DNA of 62,134 nucleotides, the filler included, from Globobulimina sp. (taxonomy: Eukaryota), in NCBI GenBank assembly GCA_003354225.1. It is 8 parts of 8 records of this genome, joined end to end, with 100 filler letters (N's around TTAATTAATTAA, not from the genome) between each part and the next. Parts side by side here need not be neighbours in the genome. Positions count along the whole stretch, not along the records: positions 31,211 to 38,887 come from PIVH01000132.1; positions 38,988 to 46,648 come from PIVH01000133.1; positions 46,749 to 54,392 come from PIVH01000134.1; 5 more parts are not named here. One strand, 5' to 3'. The notes under the pieces were generated by a model. The model made no database searches. It saw nothing but the letters and a program-made list of their open reading frames with translations, and was not told the origin of the DNA. How positions within the stretch are numbered: position 1 is the first letter of the stretch; each line of letters starts with the position of its first letter. Below are positions 33,971-46,750 of the stretch, one piece after another. A program made the position numbers and the translations under genes.

Positions 33971-34286
33971 ACCGCTAAATTAGTCACGGACTCACAGTGC
34001 GACATTGGTGCTCTATCTTTATATATATACTATGCGCAAAATGTAAAAATCATAAATGTATCGCAAATGTTGCTTGATTAAAAAAAAATAATTTTGCTTT
34101 TGTCCCATCCACCAATTTTCATCACTCATTTAAAACGATTTTGTATCGAATTAACACACTGCAGACACAACTATTAGATAATTTATTGTGGTTAACGATT
34201 AACTCCAAAAGTTGAAGTGCGATCACCACAATTAAAATTAGTGCAAAGTGGTTTTTTCAGTTGGTCTGTTTTTTTTTGTCACAATC

Positions 34287-35012
34287 ATGGCAACGCAGAA
34301 ATTTCTGTATTTAGTTGGATTTTTGATTTTATATGATTGCATTGATGCGTTTTCAGCGGTGATCATTAATGATACAGAAACTGATAATGTGGCTGTGGAT
34401 GTTTTTTATTCAATGTGTTGCGGGGATTCGCAGAAATTTATTACGGAAATATTTTATGAAGCATTCCATGCTGACGGTTATCAAGATGTGTTATCAGTGA
34501 ATAATTTTTATCCATTTGGTAAAACAAATGTAAGCTGTTCTATCGAAGATGGTGAAGTTGAGTGTGAATGGCAATATCAGTTTGGTGAAAATGGTGGTAT
34601 TACCAATCGAGTCGCTGCGTGTTATATTGCTCAACATGATTTTGACATTTTTTCATATTATAATTTTATTAGTAGTTATATGCGGAAATTACCATCTCGT
34701 TGTGAAGTGGACATGGCTGATATTATACTAATGGCATTTGACAGTTGTAGTGAGGTTGGGAGTGAATGCGATTGGAATTCACTTTATGACTGTTTCAATG
34801 AGAAGGAAGGCTCGGAATGGTTGATATTTATGGGCGAGCAAACAAAACAAAAAACAGGCTATGATCCCGTATATTGGATACCTTGGATACAATTAAATGG
34901 ATTTCATAGTGATGCGCAACAAGCATTGTGCGAACAGAATTTATTATGTTGTGTATGCAATACCTATGAAGGAGAAGATAAGCCACCAAGTTGTGACAGT
35001 GCATGTTTATAA
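34287..35012 (+). CDS. GILT (gamma-interferon-inducible lysosomal thiol reductase)-like secreted protein
   Basis: Signal peptide; VDVFYSMCCGDSQKFI (CxxS), YPFGK, WIPWIQLNG and NLLCCVCNTY.G.KP..C. Confidence 0.75.
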   Translation: MATQKFLYLVGFLILYDCIDAFSAVIINDTETDNVAVDVFYSMCCGDSQKFITEIFYEAFHADGYQDVLSVNNFYPFGKTNVSCSIEDGEVECEWQYQFGENGGITNRVAACYIAQHDFDIFSYYNFISSYMRKLPSRCEVDMADIILMAFDSCSEVGSECDWNSLYDCFNEKEGSEWLIFMGEQTKQKTGYDPVYWIPWIQLNGFHSDAQQALCEQNLLCCVCNTYEGEDKPPSCDSACL

Positions 35013-35369
35013 TTTGAGATGTAATATACAACCAAATGATTTAAATGTAATATACAACCGGTGGTTCAATTATAAATTTGTTCTGACTTTGTTCTGGATT
35101 TGCAAACCCAAGACAAAGTACACAGAACAAACCCAAGACAAACTTATAGAAAACAGTTTCTGGATTTGCAAAGCTTTTCTCAAATATTTTCGCAAACCCA
35201 ATACAAACTTTATATTGATCGATATGTATACAAAGGGGGCGGGTTATGTATCAAAACTAGTAGTTTAGAGATAATCTAAAAAAATTTTACAAGAATGATC
35301 AACGTGAAACTAAAGAGGATATAATTCAAACGTATTCGTGTATATATTTGAAAATAACATACACAAATA

Positions 35370-36653
35370 TCATTTTATTTGTCGTACTTGCATATCCATG
35401 TTAAACTTAAAAAAAGCCCCTTGTACGGATAAACATTGAGCATTATTCCTGGTTACCGTTATAAATAAATGATGTTTCAGTATATCATACGACGACGACT
35501 CAAAACTTTGATAAGTTTGATTTTGACCATTACCATCTTTAAATTGGATTCTTGGCGATTTAACCCTTTTTGTGACGTACCCTAAATTCCTGTCCCTATA
35601 AAATTCCACAGAAAACAAATAATGCATTAATAAATGTCCATTTGTATTCAAGCTAAACCGATAAACATTAAAACACTCATAAGACTGTGTCTGTGTTGTT
35701 GTCCTGGCCCATTGCTTGTTGCTGGCCATGGTGCTTGTTGTCCTCTGTACTTGTTGAGTAAACTTTAAATGGATACTAAATTGCTGACTGTAATAACTGT
35801 TTAACATATCATAATGTTTCAATGTTCCAACCAACGTATCTTTGCTAAATGCATCAAGGATTTGCTGCTCACTCCATCCCGATTGTATTTGTTTCAATAA
35901 ACTAATATTCAAAGCTAAACCTGCTGTCAATGAAACTGAATTATGTTTCACTTTTACTGCGAAATATAAATTTTCTTCAACAATTTTTTTATCTAAAAAA
36001 CAGCGCTGAAAACTGCTTTTCTCCTCATCAATGGGTACTACATTTAGATTAAATATAAATGAGGTATTCTTCAGCTCTTTATAGATATAATTGAATGGCG
36101 CACCAAGACCGTTTCGAAACAATTGATATTTATTACGCGAATAAAAATAGCTATGTAGCAGAGTTTTATTATTAATTAAATCCGAACAACTCCATACAGC
36201 GAATAAACTATTTTTGTCAAATCGAATATCATATTGTGCCACAATTAAATTGTTTAATTTTATAACTTTCTCTAATTGCAATGATTTGTTTTTGTAATGA
36301 GCAATTTGTTCTTGATCTGTACAACATTTTACATCTAACTCAAACAAATTAAATGGAATTCTGAGAGTTATGCTCATGGCAAAAAACTCTAAATCGTAAA
36401 TAATAAATAATACTTGATTACGTTCATAATGATTAAATTTATTTAGTTTTTTTAAAATATCTGGTATTCTGTCATTACATTTAAAACTATGTTCGATTAA
36501 ATTGTTGTTGAATAAATCACTAAAATCTCTTTGAAATATCAATTTATCTTTTTTGATAATTATTGTATTGCCTTTAAACAATATTCTCACAATTTCTGTA
36601 TTGTCTTTTCCCTTTGCTTGGTGAGCTAATTCAGGCGTCATCAATAACGCCAT
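35370..36653 (-). CDS. Hypothetical protein (427 aa)
   Basis: Long ATG-initiated ORF in AT-rich DNA; no recognised motif. Confidence 0.5.
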   Translation of the reverse strand: MALLMTPELAHQAKGKDNTEIVRILFKGNTIIIKKDKLIFQRDFSDLFNNNLIEHSFKCNDRIPDILKKLNKFNHYERNQVLFIIYDLEFFAMSITLRIPFNLFELDVKCCTDQEQIAHYKNKSLQLEKVIKLNNLIVAQYDIRFDKNSLFAVWSCSDLINNKTLLHSYFYSRNKYQLFRNGLGAPFNYIYKELKNTSFIFNLNVVPIDEEKSSFQRCFLDKKIVEENLYFAVKVKHNSVSLTAGLALNISLLKQIQSGWSEQQILDAFSKDTLVGTLKHYDMLNSYYSQQFSIHLKFTQQVQRTTSTMASNKQWARTTTQTQSYECFNVYRFSLNTNGHLLMHYLFSVEFYRDRNLGYVTKRVKSPRIQFKDGNGQNQTYQSFESSSYDILKHHLFITVTRNNAQCLSVQGAFFKFNMDMQVRQIK

Positions 36654-36825
36654 CGAATAGAATTGTTTGTAGAAAATTAAACAACTCTAAATCAGATACC
36701 CTAAAAGTGTACTTTGACCATCTACTTTGAAGTACTTGAACATATTACAAAAAAATGGAAATCGATTACCAAATACCAACGAATATTTAAACACTTTATT
36801 ATTACAAACATATTATATTTGATTT

Positions 36826-38887
36826 TCACTCAAGTTCATCCACTTCAACAGTTGAAGCAATATCCTCTAATTTAACAGTTAACACTTTTTTATTTGCATC
36901 ATATATCACCATTAATTTCTCATCAATATTATCACCATTAAATCCGTTAAATATTTTATAATATTTACAAAATACAATTAATATTATAACTGAAATAATA
37001 ATAATTGACATACATAATAGAAATATACCCAACGCATCATCGATAAAATGGTTATATCTCAATATTTCAATAATGCATCCAATAAAACCACAAACAAATC
37101 CTAATATTCGTATCATTAATATTCCATAAGGAAAAACCGGCTCATTTTGAGTTAAACCGTACAAATATAAATTATTAAATGACCAATGCAATGCAAATAC
37201 AGTCAGACATATCATGCAAATCGACTGCGATATAATTGTTCCTATCGCACCACCACGGCATACGAATTCCGATGAAACCAACATAAAACATTCTGTCACA
37301 GTCAAAGCAGACATGAATGGCGCCACAATCTGTATGGTATTATCAAAAGTAAAAAATTCTTTTAATTTGGATTTTGTTCCCGGACTTTCCAACTCATTTT
37401 CATCTTTACTCTCTTCTGACTCTCCATCATCATCCTCCGCAAATATTGGCGCAATCATAGTACATATCGGTATGTAATAACCCAATAATATCAAAGCTAT
37501 GGTTGCATATAATTTATGTTTCTTATCCCAGCAAATTGTATTATTCGATGGGTCAATCCGTAAATACGAAGTTTTACCATCAGCAGAGTTTGCCGGTGAT
37601 GTACAGGATAGTACCAATATTACTTTCTGACAAATTGCCAAAAACAGAGCATTTGACAATAAAGATACCAATTTCGATGACCATTTGCTTACTCCCTTTA
37701 GATTGCCATGTCCATAAATGATTGTTCCTAAAAACGAATAAAAATAAAATTCTCTTGCTTTGATTTCGTTTTTTTCGACGTATTTTAATTTTGAATATGT
37801 TCTTAGTTCGAAAATAAATCTCAGCGTAAAAAATATCAATAATACGCCGACAAAAATAATCGAAAAAAAAGCATAATATTCCAATATGTAATCATCAACG
37901 AAATCTAGTGATAGATAACAAATAGAAATGATACCATTGGCAAAATTTGTTATTTTACTAGAATTACCACCGACAAATAATGAATCTGCACTCCATTTTG
38001 ATTCTGAGTTAGTGTCATTATTTTCATTTTGTCCAATTACATGGAATGCATATAGTGATATTTGAAATACTTCAAAAATTAATAAACAAACAGCAATCAA
38101 TGAACCAATATTCCATTTCCATTTTTGTTTTATATACTGCTCATTTGGTGTTTTTAATTTTTTTCTTTCTTTGAACGATTTTAGTCCTCGATACGTCCTT
38201 TCTTTGAACCAAATATCTGTAATGCAATAATAATAAATACATATGAACCAATAAAGGTAATAACAACGCTATCAGCATAGCCAAATGATGGTATTATGGC
38301 ATATACAATAATAATTGGATAAATTACTAAAAAAGTAAACATGAATGACGCTCTAATCAACTGATTCAACAATCTATACAATCTCTGCAGATTTGTTTCT
38401 TTCGCCAATTGTTCTGCTCTTTGTTCCAATTTAACAGTATCTGTTTCTATTTTGTTTAAGCGGACAATTAATAAAAAAAAACATGATGGCAATACAACAC
38501 AAATACTTATCAATATAATCAATGGATAAATGAGTAAATTTACAAATACCAATAAAAAATCATATAATATAACCATATATACTTTAATATTGTCATTAAA
38601 TGTTATAAATTCACATTTATATATTAACTCAGCTAATATAAATAAAATAAATTCTGTATATATTTGTTCAATATATATCAACATAATATTAATATACATA
38701 AATAAAATCCGTACCTCTAAATCAGTAAAAACATTATCAACTAATTTCCGTGCTGCTCTCCACGCTGCGAATTTGCTTTTTAAATCACTCATTAAATGCT
38801 TCATTTTGTCAGCAACTGCCATTTTAGCCTCTTGCTTGAGCTCTATTTCTCTAATTTTTATTGCTTGACCAGCTGCTATCACATCAA
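36826..38887 (-). CDS. Multi-pass membrane protein, 5'-truncated, probably multi-exon
   Basis: ORFs 38181-38882 and 36826-38100 carry many hydrophobic helices and an LSC...L..DP...CW...H motif seen in protist multi-TM receptors. The junction near 38100-38200 (intron or frameshift) is unresolved. Confidence 0.6.
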
Positions 38888-38987
38888 NNNNNNNNNNNNN
38901 NNNNNNNNNNNNNNNNNNNNNNNNNNNNNNNTTAATTAATTAANNNNNNNNNNNNNNNNNNNNNNNNNNNNNNNNNNNNNNNNNNNN

Positions 38988-39653
38988 TTGCCTTTATTGA
39001 TTGGTCAAAAAGAAACTTTTGCAAAAGTTAATATTAATAAAGGTGTTATAATTGGACAATATGTTGGCGATGAATTATTAAGAAATGAGTATTATGATAT
39101 TTATAATGGAACCACGGATGAATTGGATCATTTAACTTTTATGCATGGCGATACATTGACATTGGTGGATGGTAAAATTGTTGAGATTTATATTGATGCA
39201 TTTGCAGCGAATAAAACATCACCTTTATTGTATATAAATGATGGAAGGAAAGATATGCGGAATGAAGCAGAACCAGAAGATGAGAAAAGAATTAATACGG
39301 AGTTTGTAATGGTTTTAGTGAATGGATGGCCAATGATATTGATAAGAACAACAAAAAAGATAAAAAAAGATGCTTCGTTATGGATCCATTATGGTGATCA
39401 ATATGGATTGGTATTGGATGAAAAGGCATTGATTTATGATCAAAGAAAGAAAGCAATGCGATCTGTAGAGGAAATATGGGGCTTTTATGTTGGAAATAAT
39501 TCCAATTCGGATGAACCATTTGATTTAACATTATCTGATGATGACGAATTGCAAAATGATCATAATAAAAAACGTAGGTTAATAATGGTGGAAGATGATA
39601 ACCATAACACAAATAATTCGCCTTCTCCTCGTAAAAAACGGCGTGTTCGTTAA
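38988..39653 (+). CDS. SET-domain protein, C-terminal part
   Basis: FAK..I.KG..IGQYVG, YIND.R, TTKKIKK...LWIHYG..Y; NLS-like SPRKKRRVR. Confidence 0.7.
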   Translation: MPLLIGQKETFAKVNINKGVIIGQYVGDELLRNEYYDIYNGTTDELDHLTFMHGDTLTLVDGKIVEIYIDAFAANKTSPLLYINDGRKDMRNEAEPEDEKRINTEFVMVLVNGWPMILIRTTKKIKKDASLWIHYGDQYGLVLDEKALIYDQRKKAMRSVEEIWGFYVGNNSNSDEPFDLTLSDDDELQNDHNKKRRLIMVEDDNHNTNNSPSPRKKRRVR

Positions 39654-39974
39654 GTTGCAATATTGTGTATGATTATTACGTGCATTTAGAAAGAGTGATA
39701 CTTAAAGCCGTTAAGTGAACTAACTAATCATCACTAAGTAAATTAAAAAGAATAAAAATAAGTGAAAGCAAAAAAAATACAACAAAAAATATGTGAATAC
39801 ACACAATTATACACTACGTAACGTCTACGTTGTAGAAACATATAAATGTAACAATCAACAAAAAATTTTAAAATATAATAATAATATGTACTAAAGCTAT
39901 AAGAAAATTAGAAAACAAAAGAATATATATAACGACACAATAATATTTATCACCAGACACAATATACTCAATAT

Positions 39975-41976
39975 TCATTCAACATGTTTCAATACCCCTT
40001 CATCAACAATCTCGCTTGCATTAATATTACAATTTCCGTTTGGCTCAATGTACACAATCACTGTATCCACTTCGCTATTAATCGATGGATACTGTCCACC
40101 AAACTCCAGCATTGGTTGTGTTATCTCCAATTCCATGATCATATCCTCATCGATACTCTGCATTACTTCCATTGCTTGGCTCTCAGTCTCGAGCTCCGGT
40201 TCCATTACAGCCGTATCAATGGTTGATTGTGTTGTCGATGCAGATACAGTCAGCGATGTATCCGTAGTGGTATACGTAGATAAGGAGCCAGATGATGTTG
40301 ACTGTGTTTTTGATGTAGTTATCGAAGTACCAGTACTACACTTACTACGCTCTGACTTATATTCGCCCTGTTCCTCAATGGCCATTGTTTGTTGAATAGC
40401 CGTCGGCGATACAGGCGGTGCCTGCGGGTATACAAGTTTACAAACAATGTACAGTTGAATATATCAGCAAAAACAATCAGAAACACTTTTTTTGTGTATT
40501 GCTGTTGCTTTGTTGACACAATTTGCAATTCAAATACCTGATGTTGCACTTGATAGAATTGAGGTGGCGGTGGTGGTGGCGGAGAGCATTGCGGGAATAA
40601 AAATATTTGCCGTTTTGGTGACAAAGGTCTAGGACTAGGACTGTGAGGCTGTGGATACATAAAATTTGAATAATATCTGGGAGAGAGTTGCTGTTGACAG
40701 ATAGCATGTGTTTGATTTATAGATTGTTGAGACGAGGCGTCCATAATAGCAGAGGCCGCCGGCGATAGACTGCTTGGCGATACATTGTCAGATATTTGCT
40801 TGTCTTTTATTTTATTGTTTGTAATTGCGTTGAGCTTTGCATTTGCATTTCGCAGTTTATTTTCGATGATTTGTCGCTTTTCTTTTCGTTTACGTCTTTC
40901 AAAGAGAAAAAACATAAAAATTATAAGCAACAATATGCAGCAAACCATGGCTGCTATGCTCAGAAATACTGCATTGTTGGAAAGTGTTTTCGTTTTACCA
41001 ATTCCCAGCGATGCAATATCTGATGATGACGTTTCTGATGATGACGCCATTGATGTGTATGTTGTAGTAATCGTAGGATTATTTGTAGGTGGAAATGATG
41101 GGTTATTCGTATGTGAAAGTTGTGGGTTATTTGTAGTGACTGTAGGTGGCAATGATGGGTTATTTGTAGGCGAAAATGAAGGATTATTTGTGGTGGTAAT
41201 TACAGAATTTGTAGTGAAAAATGTCGGGTTTGTAGTTGGAGCTGCTGTTGGATAATTTGTTGGAAAAAATGATGGGAAATTTGTGGGTGTAGTTGACGGA
41301 TTTTGTGACGAAAACGATGGGGAAATGGTTGGATTTTGTGGAAGATTTGTTGGTGTAATTGTTGGTGAGATTGTTGGTGCAGTTAAAGGATTATTAGATG
41401 GAGAAAATGATGGAATATTGGTTGGATTTTGCGTAGGCGTTGCCGAGGTTGTTGGTGCTGTGGTTGGTGCAGCAGAGAATGGAACAGGTACAAAAGGACA
41501 GTTATTACCAATGCAATCATACGACTTTGCTTGTGAGACATCAATATTGCCCCAATCTAGACATGATGTTGGTTTTTGACACTGTAGGAGACAGTCGCCG
41601 GTCCCACAGGTAATATCTATATCATATCTGCAGGCACTGTGCCTGTCGCAAACAACAGTAACATCGGTAGCGGAATCTGCGATAATTGTTGCATTTGAAC
41701 ATGCCGATTTCGCACCGCAAATCACAATGCATGGATCACCTGCTCTGCAGGTTAACGTGTGTCCTTGACAGCCATTGACAACGTCACAACTTTGGAGTTT
41801 GGACAAGATAATATGAGATATGTATAGACAAAATAGATTGTATTTTGTAGCACATACTCTAAGGTGCATGTAGTGTCATTTGGTGCTGCAGGACAAGTGC
41901 AATCACCACTGCAGGAAACATATTGAGAGTAAATGTGGTTTATTGAAAGCAAAAGGAGCAGTGACACAGTCGACAT
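39975..41976 (-). CDS. Cys-rich/PT-repeat type I membrane protein (three exons)
   Basis: Signal exon from 41976; Cys-rich ectodomain similar to those at 25923 and 28184; PTNNP repeats; TM AVFLSIAAMVCCILLLIIFMFFLF; Pro-rich tail. Probable introns near 41790-41860 and 40430-40490. Confidence 0.72.
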
Positions 41977-42152
41977 GGTGTATGATGTCGATTGTCAAAA
42001 ACAGAGTGGAGCTAAGTTTTCAATCAAAACATTTTGAAAAATGCAGAAATTTCTATTTGCATATTGAGAAACTAAAATAACGTATCAATATATTATTTAA
42101 AAAAATGCATAAACATAAATTTACAAAATCCATTATCAACAAAAACACAAAA

Positions 42153-43170
42153 TCATTTGTTCAATGTCACTGTATACAAATCTTTATCCGTATAACCGCC
42201 AGTAATCAACTTCCGCCACGCCGCACTAAAATCGTTAAAAAACACCTTTTCATCTTTCGCATATTCCTCCACAATGCCTTTTGTCTCTGCCCTCTCAAAC
42301 AAGCAATAATCCGTAGTCAACATCATCGTTTTGTCCTTGTCATCGCCCTCCACTTTTAGCTGCACATTGCCTTTCGACGACTTATCCGCCACCCACTTCT
42401 TATTCATAATATCCACAAAATACGAATTATCGAATTTCAATGGCTTCGCGGTCCAAAACCCTTCAAAGCCCGATCTGTCCGCATGGCAGGAACCTAATGT
42501 ATGCGCACCGGACAACGCCACAATTTCTCGGTCGTTGAAATTCATTCTATTGAATACAGCGCGTAAATGATCCAAACCCTTATCGCCGTCCGGTAAGCGA
42601 CCTTCTTCTACGCATTGAGCCGCGGAGGGAATGTCTCTTCGACCAAATTCGAACAATATATCTGGGCCACCACAACAGGCAATGGCTGTGTTGCCGGCTA
42701 AGGCCCATAAATCTGCAGTGGATACGTTATAGGTATCGTTGCAATATTTTGTGGCGAAGGTCGAGAGTAAACCCCTTGCCACTGTCAAGCCTGCGTTTGC
42801 ACCATGTTTAGATTCACCATCTTCAAATCTTTGCGCCGCCCGCGGACCGCCGGTATTTGTTTTCGCACAGAAAGTGCCTGCGTCATGCCTTGGTGTTGTT
42901 ATTTGTGTGTTTTGTATATGGTTTTTGTGGTTTTTTGTGTTTTTTTATGTATTTATACCATGCTAATCGGACTAAGATTGCAGCACATCCTTTTTCGTTA
43001 ATTAATGATTCAAGTTCGGCACGTAATGATGTGTACGTTTCTGGGGTTACTTGCTTTGAGGGTTCTTCTTTTTGTTCTTTTTGTTCTTTTGGTTCTTTTG
43101 GTTCTGATGTTGTTATTTGTTTGTTATCAATGTATTGAAGGAGATTATCGATGAGTTTGAGTGCCATGAT
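42153..43170 (-). CDS. Class I heme peroxidase (ascorbate/cytochrome c peroxidase)
   Basis: LVRLAW|HDAGTF across a 70-nt intron at 42889-42958; ANAGL, STADLWALAG, GRLPD, VALSGAHTLG, RSGFEGFWT, FDNSYF and MMLTTD. Confidence 0.92.
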
Positions 43171-43264
43171 TATCAAATAAATACTGTAAAAATGGAAGTG
43201 AGTTTTTTTTTGAGAAGAGTAACCCCTAAATATATGCTATACTTATATCATTCGGCCGACAATA

Positions 43265-44382
43265 ATGCTTTGTAAAGCAACAAGGCCACTCTTTTCATCT
43301 CTGAACAAACAAATTCATATTATCAAACATGCCCAATCTTTTACCACAACTTTTAAACCACAACACATCGAGGAATATCAAGCAAAATTAATTGTAGATA
43401 GTAACAATATTTTGGGTGAATGTCCAATGTTGTGTTTTTTTCTAAATATATTTGATATCTATCATCTGTTGCACCCAATCCATGCTATATACAGTTGGGA
43501 TTTCCGTAGAGAATTATTGTGTTGGATTGATATCATAAGGAAAGAATTCTGGACTTACAACCAACCAACAATGAATCACAAAGCTATGCATTGCCTGAAC
43601 GACCAGGCTCATTTGCATTATGTGACCATACTAAATTCGATGCTGATACATATTTATTTGCATTCGAGACAGGACCGGCATTTTATAATATATCTTCTTC
43701 CAAAAAAATCGGCGATCGAATATTTGAATTCGAGCCCGGTACAGCATCGCGAACCAATGACGGCAGAGTAGATAAACAAGGCAGGTTTGTATTTGGTGGA
43801 ATGGATGATCCGATGGATGCAAATATGCCCAGATTTGAATCAGGAGTTTATAGAATAAACAAAGATTTATCACATACTAAAATATTAAATGAAAATATTG
43901 CTTGTAGCAACAGTATTTGTTTCAGCAATGATGGGAAAACAATGTATTTTTCAGACAGTCTTGGTGCATATGATAAAGCGTCTATATTTAGATACGATTA
44001 TTTTGAGCATGATAAAGCACCGCGGAATCGTCAGATATTTGGTGTTTTTGACAAATCGAATGCGAAGTTGAAGATAAATGCGGATGAATCTTGTTTTGTG
44101 GCTGCCTACATTGTTGATAAAGAAGATTGTGTTTGGAATGCGGGTTGTGGCTCGAGTCGTGTTTGGAGATTTAATAAATATGGGAATATTGATAAGGTTG
44201 TTCATGTGCCAGAAGCGTATGTTACTTGTGCAACATTTGGGGGCAAGGATTTGGATATTATGTACATTACGACATTGACCATTGGACATGCTTTGACTGG
44301 AATTGAGAAGGGAGCTTTGTATGCGGTGCAATTGCCAGTGAAAGGTTGTCAGGAAGATGTGTTTCTTGGTCATTGTGTATAA
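43265..44382 (+). CDS. SMP-30/gluconolactonase/LRE-family protein (intron 43429-43494; one-base frameshift at about 43560)
   Basis: LGECPI|WD..RE.LCWIDI, RTNDGRVDKQGRFVFG, SNSICFS.DGKTMYFSDS and TCATFGGKDLD.MYITT. The N-terminus resembles a mitochondrial presequence. Confidence 0.85.
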
Positions 44383-44542
44383 TTATTAGTAAAAACAGTG
44401 TACATTTTGTAAGTATTATACGCATATAGCACTTCTGCAAATGTTATTTGATCGATCAAGTTTATATGGCGTGATATCACTGATGAGCCCAACTAAGAAA
44501 TTTAAAACTTTGCAAGTGAGAAAAAAGTTACATGTCACTTAT

Positions 44543-46054
44543 CTAAAGTCGATCCAACATAACAACAACAATAACAGTAAATATAACTGCATAATGCGTA
44601 GATATTCTTTGACTTCCAGCAAAACATCGATCTGTAAATGCTTCATATCTTATATCCACACCCAATCCATCCTCACAAAACTCATCAAATCTCGTCCATA
44701 ATTGCTTAACCGTTTGATGTCGCTCATCTTGAGTCCATCGCATATCCTGGCAATGATCATAAGTTTGTTTACAAAACAGAGCGCAAACCACTAATTTTGA
44801 TTGTGTTAATTTTTTCTGTGTTGGCTTCTGTGAAATATTAAAATTGTGATAAACAAACCATTTATCATTGGGATGGCAGGATGCTTTTCGTATTGCTTTC
44901 ATATCGACCAAACATTGAGTCGCTGCGACATCAGATCCATTATATCCGCTCATCAATGAGGTATAATCAAATGCTTTCTGGCAAGTCGTCACATTGCAAC
45001 ACGACCAATACGTACTATTATAATGGCCAGAACCATCGGGGTAACTAAAAGAACATTCATGCTCGTCATATTGCGAATATTTGAGTGGATTTGCTGCAGA
45101 ATACCCATCCAAATCAATGCATTGCGCAGCATCCCATTTATTATTGACATATGACTGTGCGGCATGGTCCGAGGCATACCATTCATTGAAGAAAGACAAG
45201 ACTAAGATGACATTTATTATTATAAATAGAATTGATAATATTATGCAAGAACACCACTCTGCAATGGTCAAATAGGCGCATTGTTTGCGTCGGTTATGCG
45301 GATTATAAGTGGTAGAAACAGGGAGCAACGCTTTGTGATGGTAATCGTTGATAGATTCGTCAATGTCGATATGATTCTGGCTGTACATATGCTCATTGTC
45401 ATTGTCAATATCATCGTTGGCGTCGCCTAACCACGGCAATATTTTAAATATTTTACAAAAAGGCGCGACCAAAGCAATCAAAACAGAAAATAAGATGCAT
45501 AGAATGCAGGTTGCTGAGCACAATATGGTTATGCTTGTGGACCAATGACAGCCGGTTCCATCCCCATCGTAACTGCAATACTTTGTGTTTGGGAATCGTT
45601 TCATGTACGAATGGATAGTGCCGGTCAGTAAACACCAACAGATTATCAGTAAAAGAAAATGTAACATAATGGAAGTGTTGCTGATGAATTTGTGCTTGGA
45701 TAAAATCATTCGAATCATCAAACTGCAAACGATGAGGATTAAGAGGAAGGCGGTGACGTTCAATCCGATGATGGTTGATGTTATTCCTTTTAATTGGCCA
45801 CAATCCTGATTATAAGCATCATTTTGACACTGCGAGAAGGACACATCGCCATTGATATTTGGCGAATATTTGACACGATTGTAATAATAATATATGTTAT
45901 ATCCAGAATATGGCGTCGTTACGTAAAATGGCAATATAAATGACATTAATGATAAGCAGCCGGATATTATTAATCCCACAACAACGCATATCAATGCACT
46001 ACGTTTTCCCACTTCGTGATAACTGTCGATGCGGTCACTAAATTTGCTCGGCAT
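44543..46054 (-). CDS. Membrane protein: four-TM claudin/PMP22-like region, a fifth TM, and a folate-receptor-like Cys-rich domain
   Basis: Four hydrophobic helices with Cys pairs in the loops. Distal domain C...WSCCN...C...CHP...VCALFCKQTYDHCQD..W...FCE resembles Folate_rec. Hydrophobic C-terminus. The likely start is MPSKF. Confidence 0.55.
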   Translation of the reverse strand: MPSKFSDRIDSYHEVGKRSALICVVVGLIISGCLSLMSFILPFYVTTPYSGYNIYYYYNRVKYSPNINGDVSFSQCQNDAYNQDCGQLKGITSTIIGLNVTAFLLILIVCSLMIRMILSKHKFISNTSIMLHFLLLIICWCLLTGTIHSYMKRFPNTKYCSYDGDGTGCHWSTSITILCSATCILCILFSVLIALVAPFCKIFKILPWLGDANDDIDNDNEHMYSQNHIDIDESINDYHHKALLPVSTTYNPHNRRKQCAYLTIAEWCSCIILSILFIIINVILVLSFFNEWYASDHAAQSYVNNKWDAAQCIDLDGYSAANPLKYSQYDEHECSFSYPDGSGHYNSTYWSCCNVTTCQKAFDYTSLMSGYNGSDVAATQCLVDMKAIRKASCHPNDKWFVYHNFNISQKPTQKKLTQSKLVVCALFCKQTYDHCQDMRWTQDERHQTVKQLWTRFDEFCEDGLGVDIRYEAFTDRCFAGSQRISTHYAVIFTVIVVVMLDRL

Positions 46055-46144
46055 AATTAACGTTATATTAAAATTGCTCCGTAGGTGCCATTGTAATTGC
46101 AAGAAATTGTAAAAACTTTAAACTTTTTTTCATCTAAAGTCTGC

Positions 46145-46648
46145 ATGGCGTGTCAGAATTTTATCACAGAAAAAGATCTTAATGTTATTGACATTGAAAG
46201 CAAATACAGCGTATTTGGATTTATTCGAGCAATTGAAAAACAATTTTCTATTCATATTATTCCACAATTGGTTTACATGCTCATTCTCTCATTTTATTAC
46301 GAACATGAAGACTTTTTTGAAATTACGGGAGATCATAGCCTTGTGTTCTCGGATAAAAAAGGAATTATAAAACATATTTCTGCGCCGCTGTCATCTTATG
46401 GCAAAAAGACTATTTCATCGCTAAGTAAGTCCGTCTATTCCTGGGATATACAGATAAATAAATTGAGTGATTGGTTTTTTATGATCGGAGTTTGTTCGGG
46501 GATAGATACAAGAAAAGGTTTTGGATATGACACTGAATCAAGCAATTATTGTAACTATGCAACAGGATATAAAATATCAAAAGGTAACAAGACAAGGTAC
46601 GGCGGAAAATTTGCAGTGAATAATAGAGGTATTTCAAAATTTGTAGTG
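46145..46648 (+). CDS. SPRY-like protein, 3'-truncated
   Basis: VFGFIR...IP..VY.LILSFY N-terminal motif, YSWDIQI, FMIGV and YGGKF; same family as the gene at 32368. Confidence 0.6.
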
Positions 46649-46750
46649 NNNNNNNNNNNNNNNNNNNNNNNNNNNNNNNNNNNNNNNNNNNNTTAATTAA
46701 TTAANNNNNNNNNNNNNNNNNNNNNNNNNNNNNNNNNNNNNNNNNNNNTT

